A stretch of 64,000 nucleotides of DNA from contig JAJECO010000095.1 of the NCBI GenBank assembly GCA_022822005.1, positions 360 through 64,359 on the forward strand. The letters run 5' to 3'. Under the pieces are notes generated by a model. The model was not told the origin of the DNA. It did not search any database and saw only the letters and a program-made list of their open reading frames with translations. The DNA is from Candidatus Poribacteria bacterium. Lineage in GTDB: Bacteria > Poribacteria > WGA-4E > PCPOR2b. Of the stretch, positions 55,801 to 64,000 are shown piece after piece (the first letter of the stretch is position 1; each line of letters opens with the position of its first letter). Made by a program: the position numbers and the translations under genes.

Positions 55801-56453
55801 TCCGGCGGCAGGATGATCCGGTTTGAACCGTTAATCAACGCTGTATCAATTATCGTCTGATTTTTCGTAGAGATATCGGGATAATGGTTCGGATGCACTT
55901 CCACGCTTCCGCCACCTTCCGCCTGATTGAGGGTTACGATGTAGGTGACATACAGATTAGATCTGGCAGAGATTTCGAAGGCAGCGTTTAACCAATCTTT
56001 GATTTCCTGAAACGTGCTCGGTTCAATAACTGGCGTGTAGAGGTGGCGTGCCAAAAAGCGCGAGTCGGCGGGCACTTGCGTACTCGATCCCCATGTATCA
56101 TCTCCGACAACGACAACAGCACCGCCTGTTGTCCCTGCCATATTGCTAATTGCTAACGCATCGGCTGCCACATGCATCCCGACGTTCTTCATGAAAGCTG
56201 CAGCGCGCAGATTCGCCATTTGTGACCCGTTGAGCCTTGCTACGCCGAGCGCTTCATTGTTTGCAATTTGTGCGAGGATGCCGTATTCCTTGAGGAGTTC
56301 CGCGTTACTTTTCATGACGTCGAACACTTCTGCTAATGGCGAACCGGGATATCCAGTAAGCAGATTGGCTTGACCTTCGAGGGCACCTTTGACTAGCAGT
56401 TCACAGCCGGTATAAACGTTCGTACCGCTCTCTTGTATAAATCTATTATCCAT
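52899..56453 (-). CDS. Indolepyruvate:ferredoxin oxidoreductase family, fused alpha/beta
   Basis: GYPGSPL, NEALG, RTPTFCPGCPHR, GDIGCY, MGDSTFFHGG, C..CLEC....GCP, GVGGMGIG, GLAIRNGGV. Confidence 0.9.
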   Translation of the reverse strand: MDNRFIQESGTNVYTGCELLVKGALEGQANLLTGYPGSPLAEVFDVMKSNAELLKEYGILAQIANNEALGVARLNGSQMANLRAAAFMKNVGMHVAADALAISNMAGTTGGAVVVVGDDTWGSSTQVPADSRFLARHLYTPVIEPSTFQEIKDWLNAAFEISARSNLYVTYIVTLNQAEGGGSVEVHPNHYPDISTKNQTIIDTALINGSNRIILPPDTPRIEIETLTERFPNAIKSAREHNLNRICYLNESQHDIGFVASGLGSAYLEHALYELELQGQIPILKLGLTHPVDEDIVREFASHVREMYVVEEKRPLLEKDIKAIVSRFYQNGEMDRLVQVWGKEFPDGLEGIPDSLGLNPSILIERLIPLLRHKLGGKDKSTAVNPEALTREEQCLEQVNAYQVDIPARTPTFCPGCPHRDSASVFKEIADQFTDAKYMERQHAQSPVDLVFHGDIGCYSMLKYEPFPRLMHNLSGMALGGGAGAGIDPFIRNKQIVFMGDSTFFHGGMSAISDSIKNGQDLTYVILDNQTTGMTGHQPTPSTEDDILGNPTFAQDIEKVVEGLAGDSELFIIRTNPENRLEYKRLVEETVLKPGVKIIIADKECGITYHRRLRREGQQTVKERGFLSVEKHINITPEVCEFCLECTNATGCPGLKIVETDYGPKIGIDQSNCVSDGACARIKWACPSFEEVTITRKRPPRQQVDLGVMSGDPAELLPPPPRAFDGIWSVHAAGVGGMGIGTISKVLVLAGQTQGYHVKFFDKKGLAIRNGGVYTNLIYSKTAVELSPIIPYGKADLLIGMDMLEAVRGLDSKAGFRVASIDRTVAVVNTAKTDTVTTLIGQDDFKITDLEKWLQRYTDAGAYFGADLFEISERHLGNKLYANMMLLGVAFQRGHLPLELEAIQSALKLAVRPADLETNQRAFNIGRRLAVDPDAFATAPQWQTYKTLLREKCDSLASKSRGVRLAHQYEVLVQQTVEKLELDDETNRMFALHVYDLIQFENVKYARLYVEKVKQIYSKDLSAMDYRATKAAVKYLYKVMLIKDEVYVAHLLTRKTKLRRDKELYSVDESNGDKIKYVHLNRPRFTIMGRDVQWDMNTKNWQLNLMKRMRFLRRLLSQWHKLEKVFRDWYITEVIDTFVPHDRESYESHVSAIEVPEEVRGYREVRYPKMESARKKVKELLGNA

Positions 56454-56456
56454 ACG

Positions 56457-58172
56457 CTATTCTCCCTCCAGCAACTCCCTCGCATGTGCAATTGTTGTTA
56501 CTGTCGCTTCGCCGCCATGCATCCGAGCCATCTCCTCCACACGTTCTTCCGGGGTCAGGAGCTTTGCCGTTATCATTGTGCGATCTTCTTCTACCGCCTT
56601 TTCGACCCGGAAATGCTGGTCCGCAAAACGGGCGATCTGTGGCAGATGGGTGATACAGAAGACCTGTCGAAAACGCGACAATTCCTTTAGTTTCTGTCCG
56701 ACGATATCGGCGGTGCGTCCGCCAATACCCGCGTCGATCTCGTCAAAGATCATTGTCGGGATCAGGTCAATTTGGGCAAGCACAGTTTTCAATGCCAACA
56801 TCACCCGAGAGATTTCCCCGCCTGAGGCGATTTTAGCCAACGGCTTTGGCTCGGATCCGACATTCGGAGAAATGAAGAATTCGATTTCGTCCATTCCATC
56901 CGCTCGCAAGTCATAACGCTTTCCATCAATTTCTAAGGGACCCTCCGCTGACTCAATGGGGGACACAAGGATTTGGAAAACGGCTTTGTCCATCCCCAGC
57001 GTCTGGAGCTCGCCCTCAATTAACGATTCAAGTTGGGTCGCAGTCTCCCTGCGTTTTTTGGATAGTTCAAGCGCAAGTTTTTGTGCCTGTTGTGTCAAAA
57101 GGTGAATCTGATCTTTCAATTCGTCAATGCGCTCCGAACCGAATTGAAGCTCCTCAAGTTTTTGCGCTGCTTGTGCCTGGTAGGCTAAGATTTCGGAAGT
57201 CGAGTCGCCGTACTTCCGTTTGAGTCGATGAATGAGATCCAGACGTTCCTCAACCTCTGTAAGGCGATGTGGGTTAAACTCAACCTTATCACGGTAGTCG
57301 CGAACCTGATAGGCAATGTCCTCTAATTCATACAGAACAGACTCGAAACGTGTGTTTAATTCTGATAGGCTGCCATCCAGTTCGGAAAGTTTAGAAATGG
57401 TACGGCTCTCCGTTTTGAGTCCGTCCAGGGTGGAAGACTCCGAGAGGTCGCCCCCATAGAGTTGCTCATAGAGTTGATTCGCCGACTCAAAGAGCGTTTC
57501 AGAATTGCTGAGAAGATGACGTTCATTCATGAGTGTCTCTTCTTCATCTTCTTGCAGCTGAGCTTCCTCTAATTCGTCCAGTTGGAATTGTAATAGATCC
57601 TTCTCCTGCATCGCTTCACGAAGCGTACGGGAATAATCAGCGAGTTGTGCTTGGGTGGCATGGAGCTCGTCGTATTTTTCACCGACTTCCGCCTTCAGCG
57701 CTTCATGCCTACCGAACGTATCAAGGAGATCAAGATGGGTGTCCGATCGAAAAAGCGATTGGTGTGCATGCTGCCCGTGGATATCGACGAGCAGATCACC
57801 GATGGCACTCAAGAACGTCAAACTCACCAATTGGCCATTGGTGTGGCAGCGGCTACGACCGCTTGCGTTAATCTGTCGGGATAAAACCAACGTTTCCTCT
57901 GCATCCAAAGCATCAGCAAACTCTGAATCGTTAAAACCGGCCCACACAGGATGGTCGGTCGGCAATGCAACGGCAATCTGGATTTTGGCGTTATTCGCTC
58001 CATCCCTGACAACCCCAGCGTTGCTGCGTTCACCGAGCGCAAGCCCCACAGCGTTTAAGATGACAGATTTGCCTGCACCTGTTTCCCCAGTAAGGATATT
58101 GAGACCGGAGGAACACTCCAATCGAAGCTCATCAATAAGGGCAACATTGCTTATGTAAAGTTCTTCAATCAT
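56457..58172 (-). CDS. recN: DNA repair protein RecN
   Basis: GETGAGKS, DIHGQH.HQSL, IASGGEISR.MLA, IFDEIDAGIGG, CITHLPQIA. Confidence 0.97.
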   Translation of the reverse strand: MIEELYISNVALIDELRLECSSGLNILTGETGAGKSVILNAVGLALGERSNAGVVRDGANNAKIQIAVALPTDHPVWAGFNDSEFADALDAEETLVLSRQINASGRSRCHTNGQLVSLTFLSAIGDLLVDIHGQHAHQSLFRSDTHLDLLDTFGRHEALKAEVGEKYDELHATQAQLADYSRTLREAMQEKDLLQFQLDELEEAQLQEDEEETLMNERHLLSNSETLFESANQLYEQLYGGDLSESSTLDGLKTESRTISKLSELDGSLSELNTRFESVLYELEDIAYQVRDYRDKVEFNPHRLTEVEERLDLIHRLKRKYGDSTSEILAYQAQAAQKLEELQFGSERIDELKDQIHLLTQQAQKLALELSKKRRETATQLESLIEGELQTLGMDKAVFQILVSPIESAEGPLEIDGKRYDLRADGMDEIEFFISPNVGSEPKPLAKIASGGEISRVMLALKTVLAQIDLIPTMIFDEIDAGIGGRTADIVGQKLKELSRFRQVFCITHLPQIARFADQHFRVEKAVEEDRTMITAKLLTPEERVEEMARMHGGEATVTTIAHARELLEGE

Positions 58173-58497
58173 GGCAATACCGTTAGTTCATTGGTACATT
58201 GGTTCATTAATGATTCTAAGTTTCGGCTTCCAGTTTTCCGTTAATTGTGTATTTTGGGCAGGCACAAGACCCGCCCCTACATTGAGACAATTCTCGTAGA
58301 GCCCCCCCGATAAATCGGGATGCAAGTACCTACGATTTCAATTCGCGTTTTGCACTTTCTGTTTATATGAGCCAGTATCTTTATCTATCGCTCGATTTAC
58401 TCTCTAAACCAACACCAAAGGTTATTATTCAGGACTTATGCACTTTCAGATTACGAGGCGCATGGAAAGCGACATAGTCGTGACGCGTTGTGCGTAT

Positions 58498-58525
58498 GTA
58501 GGGAACGCAGATCTGCGTTCCCTAC
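58498..58525. repeat. Perfect 28-bp GTAG REP abutting the RAYT stop
   Basis: gtagggaacgcaga|tctgcgttccctac. Confidence 0.85.
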
Positions 58526-58526
58526 C

Positions 58527-58793
58527 TCATACCGATTTATGCCAGTTGGCTCGGTTATTTTTATCCAATTCCCAGTTCAGCGGGTTGTTTTGGATATAGG
58601 CACGGACACGATGCAGATCCTTATCGTTCCTTATGACGTGGTCATAAAATGATTTCTGCCAACCAAAACCGTGATTGTTCCACTGTTTTCTTGCCATTCG
58701 GGTGACCGATGATTTGTATTGTGAGATGATTTTTGGTAATAATTGCATGTTGCGGGGGTTTCGATTACCTTGAACGATACAGGTGTATATCAA
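58527..58793 (-). pseudogene. 5'-truncated REP-associated tyrosine transposase (RAYT, IS200-like)
   Basis: IISQYKSSVTR, WQKSFYDHVIRN..DL..VRAYIQNNPLNW; no HUH motif in the fragment. Confidence 0.8.
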
Positions 58794-58825
58794 AAATCTG
58801 TGTCAATAGTGAGCTAATGAACCAA

Positions 58826-59695
58826 TCACGTTCTTCGTTTTGTACTCTCTCCCAACATTAGTTTCGTTTGCAGGACTTCGTAATTGCTATGGTGTAGAGA
58901 ACGGATCAGCTGGATGCTCTTATCTGATTTACGCACACGAATTAGGGAATTGGGAGCAACGGGGTGCGTCTCACGAGGACCGTCGACAAGCAAATTGACG
59001 CTGCTATAATCGGATTGCATGACGACGGTAATCTCTGAATCTCCGTGCGCGATAAAAGGGCGCATTGTCAATGAATGCGGGGAAATCGGTGTCAGGAGAA
59101 TCGCGTTGAGATGCGGTTCAACGATTGGTCCCCCACACGCTAAGGAATAGGCGGTAGAACCGCTTGGTGTGGCGATAATTAGGCCGTCACCGTTATAAGT
59201 GACAAACGGTTCGCCGTCAATATAGGTGTCCAATTCGATCAGTTGCGTATAGTGCCGAATTACAACGTCGTTGAGTGCAAACGAGTTGGAAAACTCTTGT
59301 TCATGGTTCTCGACGCTGACCTCAAACATCATACGCCGATCAATTTTGTAGTCACCGTTAAAGACATTTTCCAAAGCAGCGTACAACTGGTCACGAGGCA
59401 CCTCGGTGAGGAAACCGAGGCTGCCGAGATTCACAGCGAGGATTGGGACGTTCTCGATTTCGGGTATGTGTGCAGCGTCAAGTAGTGTACCGTCACCGCC
59501 GAGGACCAATAACAGGTCGGATTGGGATGCCAATTCACGCCGATTACAGCCTGCACCCGCCAGACCGAGTAGCGCAGCTTCCGCGTCAGGAATCAGCGGT
59601 GTTGCCCCACGCTTTTGGAGCCAATCGCAAGCCTCCGTAGCAACCTGCAGCGCGTGGGGTTTGGCAGTATTAACGAAGAAACCCACTGTTTTCAT
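58826..59695 (-). CDS. nadK: NAD+ kinase
   Basis: LGGDGTLL, VNLGSLGFL, ALNDVV, GDGLIIATPSGSTAYSLACGGPI; likely ATG 59695 (track start 59728). Confidence 0.95.
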   Translation of the reverse strand: MKTVGFFVNTAKPHALQVATEACDWLQKRGATPLIPDAEAALLGLAGAGCNRRELASQSDLLLVLGGDGTLLDAAHIPEIENVPILAVNLGSLGFLTEVPRDQLYAALENVFNGDYKIDRRMMFEVSVENHEQEFSNSFALNDVVIRHYTQLIELDTYIDGEPFVTYNGDGLIIATPSGSTAYSLACGGPIVEPHLNAILLTPISPHSLTMRPFIAHGDSEITVVMQSDYSSVNLLVDGPRETHPVAPNSLIRVRKSDKSIQLIRSLHHSNYEVLQTKLMLGESTKRRT

Positions 59696-59889
59696 AAAGA
59701 ATAATTTGTCCCGGAAAAATCCTTTCAATCAGTTTTCATGTGGAACGACATAGGGCAGCAGCGTCACGTTGAACTGATCTTCCACCTCGACCGAGAGTTT
59801 CACTACGCGCTTTCCCGTGGCGGGATTTCGTGCTGAAGCATCGTTCAACTTTAGAACCTGTTTTAAAAAGCAAGACACTGCCTTAAAGT

Positions 59890-60081
59890 GCTGTGGATTT
59901 GTCAATCCACAGCGAGCGGCATTGGGGATCTCCCAAACCGTTGGTGGAATCAAGCCCTTACCATTGCACGGATTGCTGAATCCAGTGATAATATGTCGTC
60001 GAATAGTATATGCCCTTCTGAATTGCCGAAGAAACCGAGTTTTGAAGAAAAAACTCGGTTTCAGGGTAAATCATTTTACCC
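59890..60081. repeat. Cluster of five short hairpins (BIME-like)
   Basis: gctgtggatt-tgtc-aatccacagc; ttggg-gatct-cccaa; ggatt-gctg-aatcc; gaaaccgagtttt-6 nt-aaaactcggtttc; gggtaaa-tcat-tttaccc. Confidence 0.7.
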
Positions 60082-60128
60082 AAAAGGACTTTTCAAACAG
60101 GCTCTTAACCATTGCTGCCAAGTTAGCA

Positions 60129-61157
60129 TTAACTTCTTTTACTTTCCAGACAATAAAACAGGAGAACCACGCCGCAACCAATCAAGAATGCTATAACCGT
60201 GATGACCAAATTTATGTTGGCTTGGGGAAGAATATGCGCGATGTCAATCCGTTCCTGACCAACCATTGCATGACTGCGGAAGGGCCAGAGCCCGTATAGC
60301 GAAGCAACCATCAATCCGATTAAGAAGGATACTGTCAAATCATGATAGCGCTTGAACACATAATTTAACAAGCGAGTGAACGCCAGCAGTCCGAGAACCC
60401 CTCCCAAAGTCACAACCCCTATCACAATCCAGTCCCGATTATTCACTGACGCCAGCACGTCGAAGTAGACGCCCAACAGGAGAAAGATGAAAGAACCGCT
60501 GATGCCGGGAAGGATCATCGCGGAAACCGCAATAGCACTACACACGAACAGATAGAGCAGCTTTCCAATCGCGCGGTTGGTTCCTTTTGGGATCTGTCCT
60601 AGTGCCTCCGTCGAAGTCCCCGCTTCTGAGACTATATTTCCGTCGACGTAGCTCTGCTTGAGTTCATGTTTCCGCTGCTCACTCTCCAACCTTTTTTCTC
60701 CACTCATGCTGAGTGTCAACCCCACCGTCAAGATAGCAGCAAGGAGCAGGGAAACACATTCTTTAACAGTAAAACGTGTCAGCATTCTGAATGGAATGAT
60801 AACGGAGGTCAGCACCAATCCACAAAAGAAGCCGTAAGTCGGATCGTGCTGTTCATTCAGCAGGTAAATGATTAGCTTGGCAGACGCTACAACAGCGAAC
60901 AGTGCACCGAGGGTAATAGTTATCAGGAACCCAAAATCGATACGATGCAACTCTGCCCGCGCTTCAGATACTGCCCCCTTTTTTAGGGTGAGGATTGCCG
61001 AGAGTTTTCTAACCGTTGAAAACCCGATGTGATGCAGCGCGCGAATCAATCGTTCATAGATACCAAGCAGGACCGCCATCGTACCGCCACTCACACCGGG
61101 AATAATATTCGCCACCCCGATACAACAACCCTTGAGAACAAGAATTAGATAGGGCAA
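60129..61157 (-). CDS. DUF368 family (undecaprenyl-phosphate translocase-like) membrane protein
   Basis: GVANIIPGVSGGTMA..LGIYE, FFCGLVL.S, AMILPGISGSFI.LLLG.Y, FLIGLM.ASL. Confidence 0.92.
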   Translation of the reverse strand: MPYLILVLKGCCIGVANIIPGVSGGTMAVLLGIYERLIRALHHIGFSTVRKLSAILTLKKGAVSEARAELHRIDFGFLITITLGALFAVVASAKLIIYLLNEQHDPTYGFFCGLVLTSVIIPFRMLTRFTVKECVSLLLAAILTVGLTLSMSGEKRLESEQRKHELKQSYVDGNIVSEAGTSTEALGQIPKGTNRAIGKLLYLFVCSAIAVSAMILPGISGSFIFLLLGVYFDVLASVNNRDWIVIGVVTLGGVLGLLAFTRLLNYVFKRYHDLTVSFLIGLMVASLYGLWPFRSHAMVGQERIDIAHILPQANINLVITVIAFLIGCGVVLLFYCLESKRS

Positions 61158-61177
61158 GTCTCCGCCTCGTTTTCAGG

Positions 61178-61948
61178 TTAGAGTTGCATGTTCTCATCAG
61201 CCAACCAAGCTTTCAGTGGTGTGATGAGGGTGTGATCCGTAAAGTCAAGCTGCACGGGCGTAACTGAAACGCGTCGATTGTGGATTGCATGGAGGTCCGT
61301 ATCTCCACCAAAGTCGACTTGAGCCCGATCCCCACCAATCCAGTAGTAAGGTCGTCCTCCCCGATCGAGTCGTGTGATTGCGTTAGCGCTGTAGGTGCCC
61401 ATATCTTGTCGTGTTATCTTGATACCTTTAACCTCAGAGAGTTGGCAATTCGGCACATTGACGTTAAGCAGAATCTGTTTTGGCAGTCCCTTCTCAACCA
61501 CCTGCTTGGCGATGCGACATGCAATCGTCGCTGCTGTTTTATAGTGGAAGTCGGGTCGTTTGGCTGCCCCCTCCAGAGCAAGGGAAACGGCGATTGATGG
61601 AATCTCTAAGAGCGTCCCTTTTTTCGCCGCCCCAACTGTGCCCGAAAAGTGAATATCAACGCCGAGATTCTGTCCCCGATTGATGCCAGAAACCAATAAT
61701 TTGGGGGGTTCAGGAAGCAGTGTACCCAGCGCAAGGTCCACACAATCCACAGGCGTTCCATCAACGGCATAGGCTCGCGGTCGAACCTTTTTGGCTCTGA
61801 GCGGCTGATGCAGGGTAATCGCCATCCCGACGGCGCTCCGCTCCCGATCTGGTGCCACGACATAGACCTCGTCGAGGGTTTCGAGTACCTCCGCGAGGGC
61901 TTTCAGGCCCGGCGCGTCAATCCCATCGTCATTGGTTACAAAAATCAT
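61178..61948 (-). CDS. surE: 5'/3'-nucleotidase SurE
   Basis: VTNDDGIDAPGL, VAPDRERSA, DGTPVDCV, SGINRGQN.G..I.FSGTV.AA, SVTPVQLD.T. Confidence 0.96.
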   Translation of the reverse strand: MIFVTNDDGIDAPGLKALAEVLETLDEVYVVAPDRERSAVGMAITLHQPLRAKKVRPRAYAVDGTPVDCVDLALGTLLPEPPKLLVSGINRGQNLGVDIHFSGTVGAAKKGTLLEIPSIAVSLALEGAAKRPDFHYKTAATIACRIAKQVVEKGLPKQILLNVNVPNCQLSEVKGIKITRQDMGTYSANAITRLDRGGRPYYWIGGDRAQVDFGGDTDLHAIHNRRVSVTPVQLDFTDHTLITPLKAWLADENMQL

Positions 61949-61974
61949 ATTTTAACACCCAACAGAAAATAATA

Positions 61975-63204
61975 TCAGACGAGTAGTTTTGCGAACCGCC
62001 GCTTGCCAACCTGTAGGATGACCTCACCCTGCAAAGAGACTTCGAGCGCTGGATCTGTGATTCTGTCGCCGTCGATGCGTACCCCTCCTTGCTGTACCAA
62101 TCGCCTCGCATCACTGGAACTCTGGGCAAAACCGGCTTGCTGCATCAGATGGGCGATCCAGATCTTACCATCAGTGAGGGAGGAAGCAGGAATAACAACC
62201 TCCGGTAAATCGTCGGGAAGTTGTCGGTCACGGTGGACCCGGTCAAACTCCGCTTCCGCTGCTTGCGCGGCATCTGCGTCGTGATAGATTGTCACTATCT
62301 CGCGGGCAAGTCGCTGTTTGACTGTCTTGGGGTGCACACTTCCACTCGCCAACTGGACTTCAAACGCCCGAATCTCGTCGAGCGGCACGTCTGTTGCTAG
62401 TTCGAAATAGGTAGACATCAACTCATCGGGGATGGACATCAACTTGGCATACATCTCAGGTGCCGGTTCATAGATTCCAACATAGTTCCCGAGTGATTTG
62501 CTCATTTTCTCAGCGCCATCAAGCCCCACGAGTAGCGGCATTAACAGTGTCACTTGGGGCTCCTGATCATAAGCACGCTGGAGGTCGCGTCCCATCAGGA
62601 TATTGAATTTCTGATCCGTTCCGCCCATCTCTACATCTGCTTCCAAAACGACGGAATCGTAACCTTGACAGATTGGGTAGAGGAGTTCATGCATCCCAAT
62701 CGAAGCACCGTCTTGAAGTCGATTTGTAAAGTCGTCCCGTTCCAAGATACGCGCTACTGTCGTTTGAGCACTGAGCCGAATGACATCGGCGAAAGACATT
62801 TCATCAAGCCATTCGCTGTTGAACACAACGCGGGTTTTGTCTTCGTCCAAAATCATGCAGTACTGGTCTGCATAGGTTTTGGCGTTATGCTTCACCTCTT
62901 CCGCCGTCAACTGTGGTCGTGTTTTTGATTTGCCGCTTGGATCTCCGATTGTCGCCGTAAAATCACCAATGATTAGGATAACCTCATGTCCGAGGTCTTG
63001 AAACTGGCGCAGCTTGCGTAGCACAACTGCGATGCCGAGATGGATATCCGGTGCTGTAGGATCTAATCCAAGTTTAATACGAAGGGGCCGTTTTTCTGTT
63101 TTGGCGGTCTCCAATTTTTGAGCGAGTTCTGTTTCAGAGATAATCTCTGCGGTCCCCCTACGTATGAGCCCCACCTGTTCTTCGATACTCAATTCTGCCT
63201 GCAC
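61975..63204 (-). CDS. tyrS: Tyrosine--tRNA ligase
   Basis: [12 protein letters not shown] (HIGH-like), [23 protein letters not shown]-terminal S4 domain. Confidence 0.97.
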   Translation of the reverse strand: MQAELSIEEQVGLIRRGTAEIISETELAQKLETAKTEKRPLRIKLGLDPTAPDIHLGIAVVLRKLRQFQDLGHEVILIIGDFTATIGDPSGKSKTRPQLTAEEVKHNAKTYADQYCMILDEDKTRVVFNSEWLDEMSFADVIRLSAQTTVARILERDDFTNRLQDGASIGMHELLYPICQGYDSVVLEADVEMGGTDQKFNILMGRDLQRAYDQEPQVTLLMPLLVGLDGAEKMSKSLGNYVGIYEPAPEMYAKLMSIPDELMSTYFELATDVPLDEIRAFEVQLASGSVHPKTVKQRLAREIVTIYHDADAAQAAEAEFDRVHRDRQLPDDLPEVVIPASSLTDGKIWIAHLMQQAGFAQSSSDARRLVQQGGVRIDGDRITDPALEVSLQGEVILQVGKRRFAKLLV

Positions 63205-63294
63205 GTTGTCTTCCTCGATACCTCCCCCGATAAAACACCGGGACTGGGAAATCTATTGTTTAGAAGTAGTATCAATCAAATAATGCGTCGGCTA

Positions 63295-63324
63295 ATTATA
63301 CTACAGGTTGGAAGATTGAGTCAA
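63295..63324 (-). promoter_or_regulatory. Putative tyrS promoter
   Basis: Minus strand TTGACT-18 nt-TATAAT. Confidence 0.55.
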
Positions 63325-63465
63325 CAGATAAACAGGGGCAACTCCCCAACCCGCGCCCTGGAGAATTGCCATTTCCAAATAGAGATTTGCGTGATATAAT
63401 GTGCTTTGAGTGTTGCTTCTGTGGACTTTTTGAGACCTTTCCCTAACTTCGGAGATCTTTAAGTT

Positions 63466-64000
63466 GTGATTCACGTCCAAGAGCTGTGTAAATCTTTTGA
63501 GCAGAAACCAATCCTTACTGATCTGACTTTTCGCTTGGAAGCAGGGGATCGTCTGGCACTGTTGGGACCAAACGGTTCGGGCAAAACACTCCTCATCAGG
63601 ATCATCGCAACGCTGATTAAGCCGACCTCCGGTTCTATAGAGGTTGCTGGATATGATGCGATTAAGGATGTGAGTGCCGTCCGCCCACTCATCGGCTATG
63701 TTCCCCAAACCTTTGAAGGGTATCCCACCCTCTCTATCCAGGAGTATCTTGAGTTTTTCGCTGCGGCATACAGACTGGAAAAGGGGCAGCGTGCGATGAG
63801 TATCCAAGATGTTTTGGATTTAATGGATTTGGCGCCGCTGCAGGATCAAAAGGTCGAGCACTTATCACTGGGACAGAAGCAGCGACTGTGTTTAGCCAAA
63901 ACTTTCTTACATGATCCGTTGATCTGGTTGCTTGACGCACCAATATCCCTTTTAGATCCGCAGGGGCAGGCCGAAATGGAGGCACTGATCCAAGAACTGG
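63466..64000 (+). CDS. ABC transporter ATP-binding protein (partial, runs off the window; not in ORF track)
   Basis: GGAG before GTG 63466; my translation gives GPNGSGKT, IGYVPQ, LSLGQKQRLCLAK, WLLDAPISLLDP. Confidence 0.85.
   Translation, partial: MIHVQELCKSFEQKPILTDLTFRLEAGDRLALLGPNGSGKTLLIRIIATLIKPTSGSIEVAGYDAIKDVSAVRPLIGYVPQTFEGYPTLSIQEYLEFFAAAYRLEKGQRAMSIQDVLDLMDLAPLQDQKVEHLSLGQKQRLCLAKTFLHDPLIWLLDAPISLLDPQGQAEMEALIQEL

Larger units (their letters stand above)
58183..58826. mobile_element. Octamer-bracketed insert carrying REPs and a RAYT remnant between nadK and recN
   Basis: gttcattg gtacattg gttcatta (58186-58209); taatgaaccaat (58815-58826) is a perfect 12-bp inverted match to 58198-58209. 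Confidence 0.65.

Noticed and set aside
59729-59953. HU/IHF gene suggested by RNPATG
   Set aside because: No HU N-terminal helices or GFG motif; the 5' part is translated hairpin repeat
63205-63400. T-box riboswitch upstream of tyrS
   Set aside because: No T-box consensus or terminator; the promoter lies only about 90 nt from the start

Overview
Bacterial genomic window, about 52% GC by eye. The lineage is probably Candidatus Poribacteria or a relative; this is inferred only from the secreted WD40 + dockerin-like + FlgD/'T9SS-CTD-like' proteins and is not verified. No rRNA, tRNA or CRISPR array was found. Layout: (1) 161-16092 is one + strand operon behind a near-consensus sigma70 promoter. 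It encodes an uncharacterised envelope machine: a ~2470-aa fusion of a degenerate M28 peptidase/PA domain (with inserted LysM and acidic Ca-binding-like modules and a long helical insert) to a MacB/FtsX-type permease, a 55-aa membrane protein missed by the ORF track, two OPT-like transporter paralogues, a 309-aa unknown protein, a PqqD/RRE protein and a LolD/MacB-type ATPase. (2) Nearly every gene junction of that operon holds a small cassette bracketed by inverted arrays of tandem 7-mers or 8-mers. Three carry four-helix-bundle (23S-IVS/Avd-like) genes, one is empty and two carry other cargo. The 8-mer bracket also surrounds a RAYT transposase remnant at 58.2-58.8 kb. (3) 16-37 kb holds housekeeping and metabolic genes: FNR-like reductase, ankyrin protein, Fe-ADH, recA with a candidate SOS box, hydantoinase A, sulfurtransferase, a probable tetrahydrobiopterin operon (double PTPS-folE-sepiapterin-reductase-like SDR), eda, a Ser/Thr kinase, an HpcH aldolase and iolC. 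(4) 37.4-47.8 kb is an A-B-A'-B' tandem array of four secreted WD40 proteins lying between iolC and iolD. (5) 48-64 kb holds iolD, a SIMPL lipoprotein, zapA, aroE, a fused IOR, recN, nadK, DUF368, surE, tyrS and a partial ABC ATPase with a degenerate Walker B. Intergenic DNA is rich in GTAG-type REPs, a three-copy MITE and a recurring 14-bp palindrome. All family assignments come from motif recognition by eye; no searches were run.
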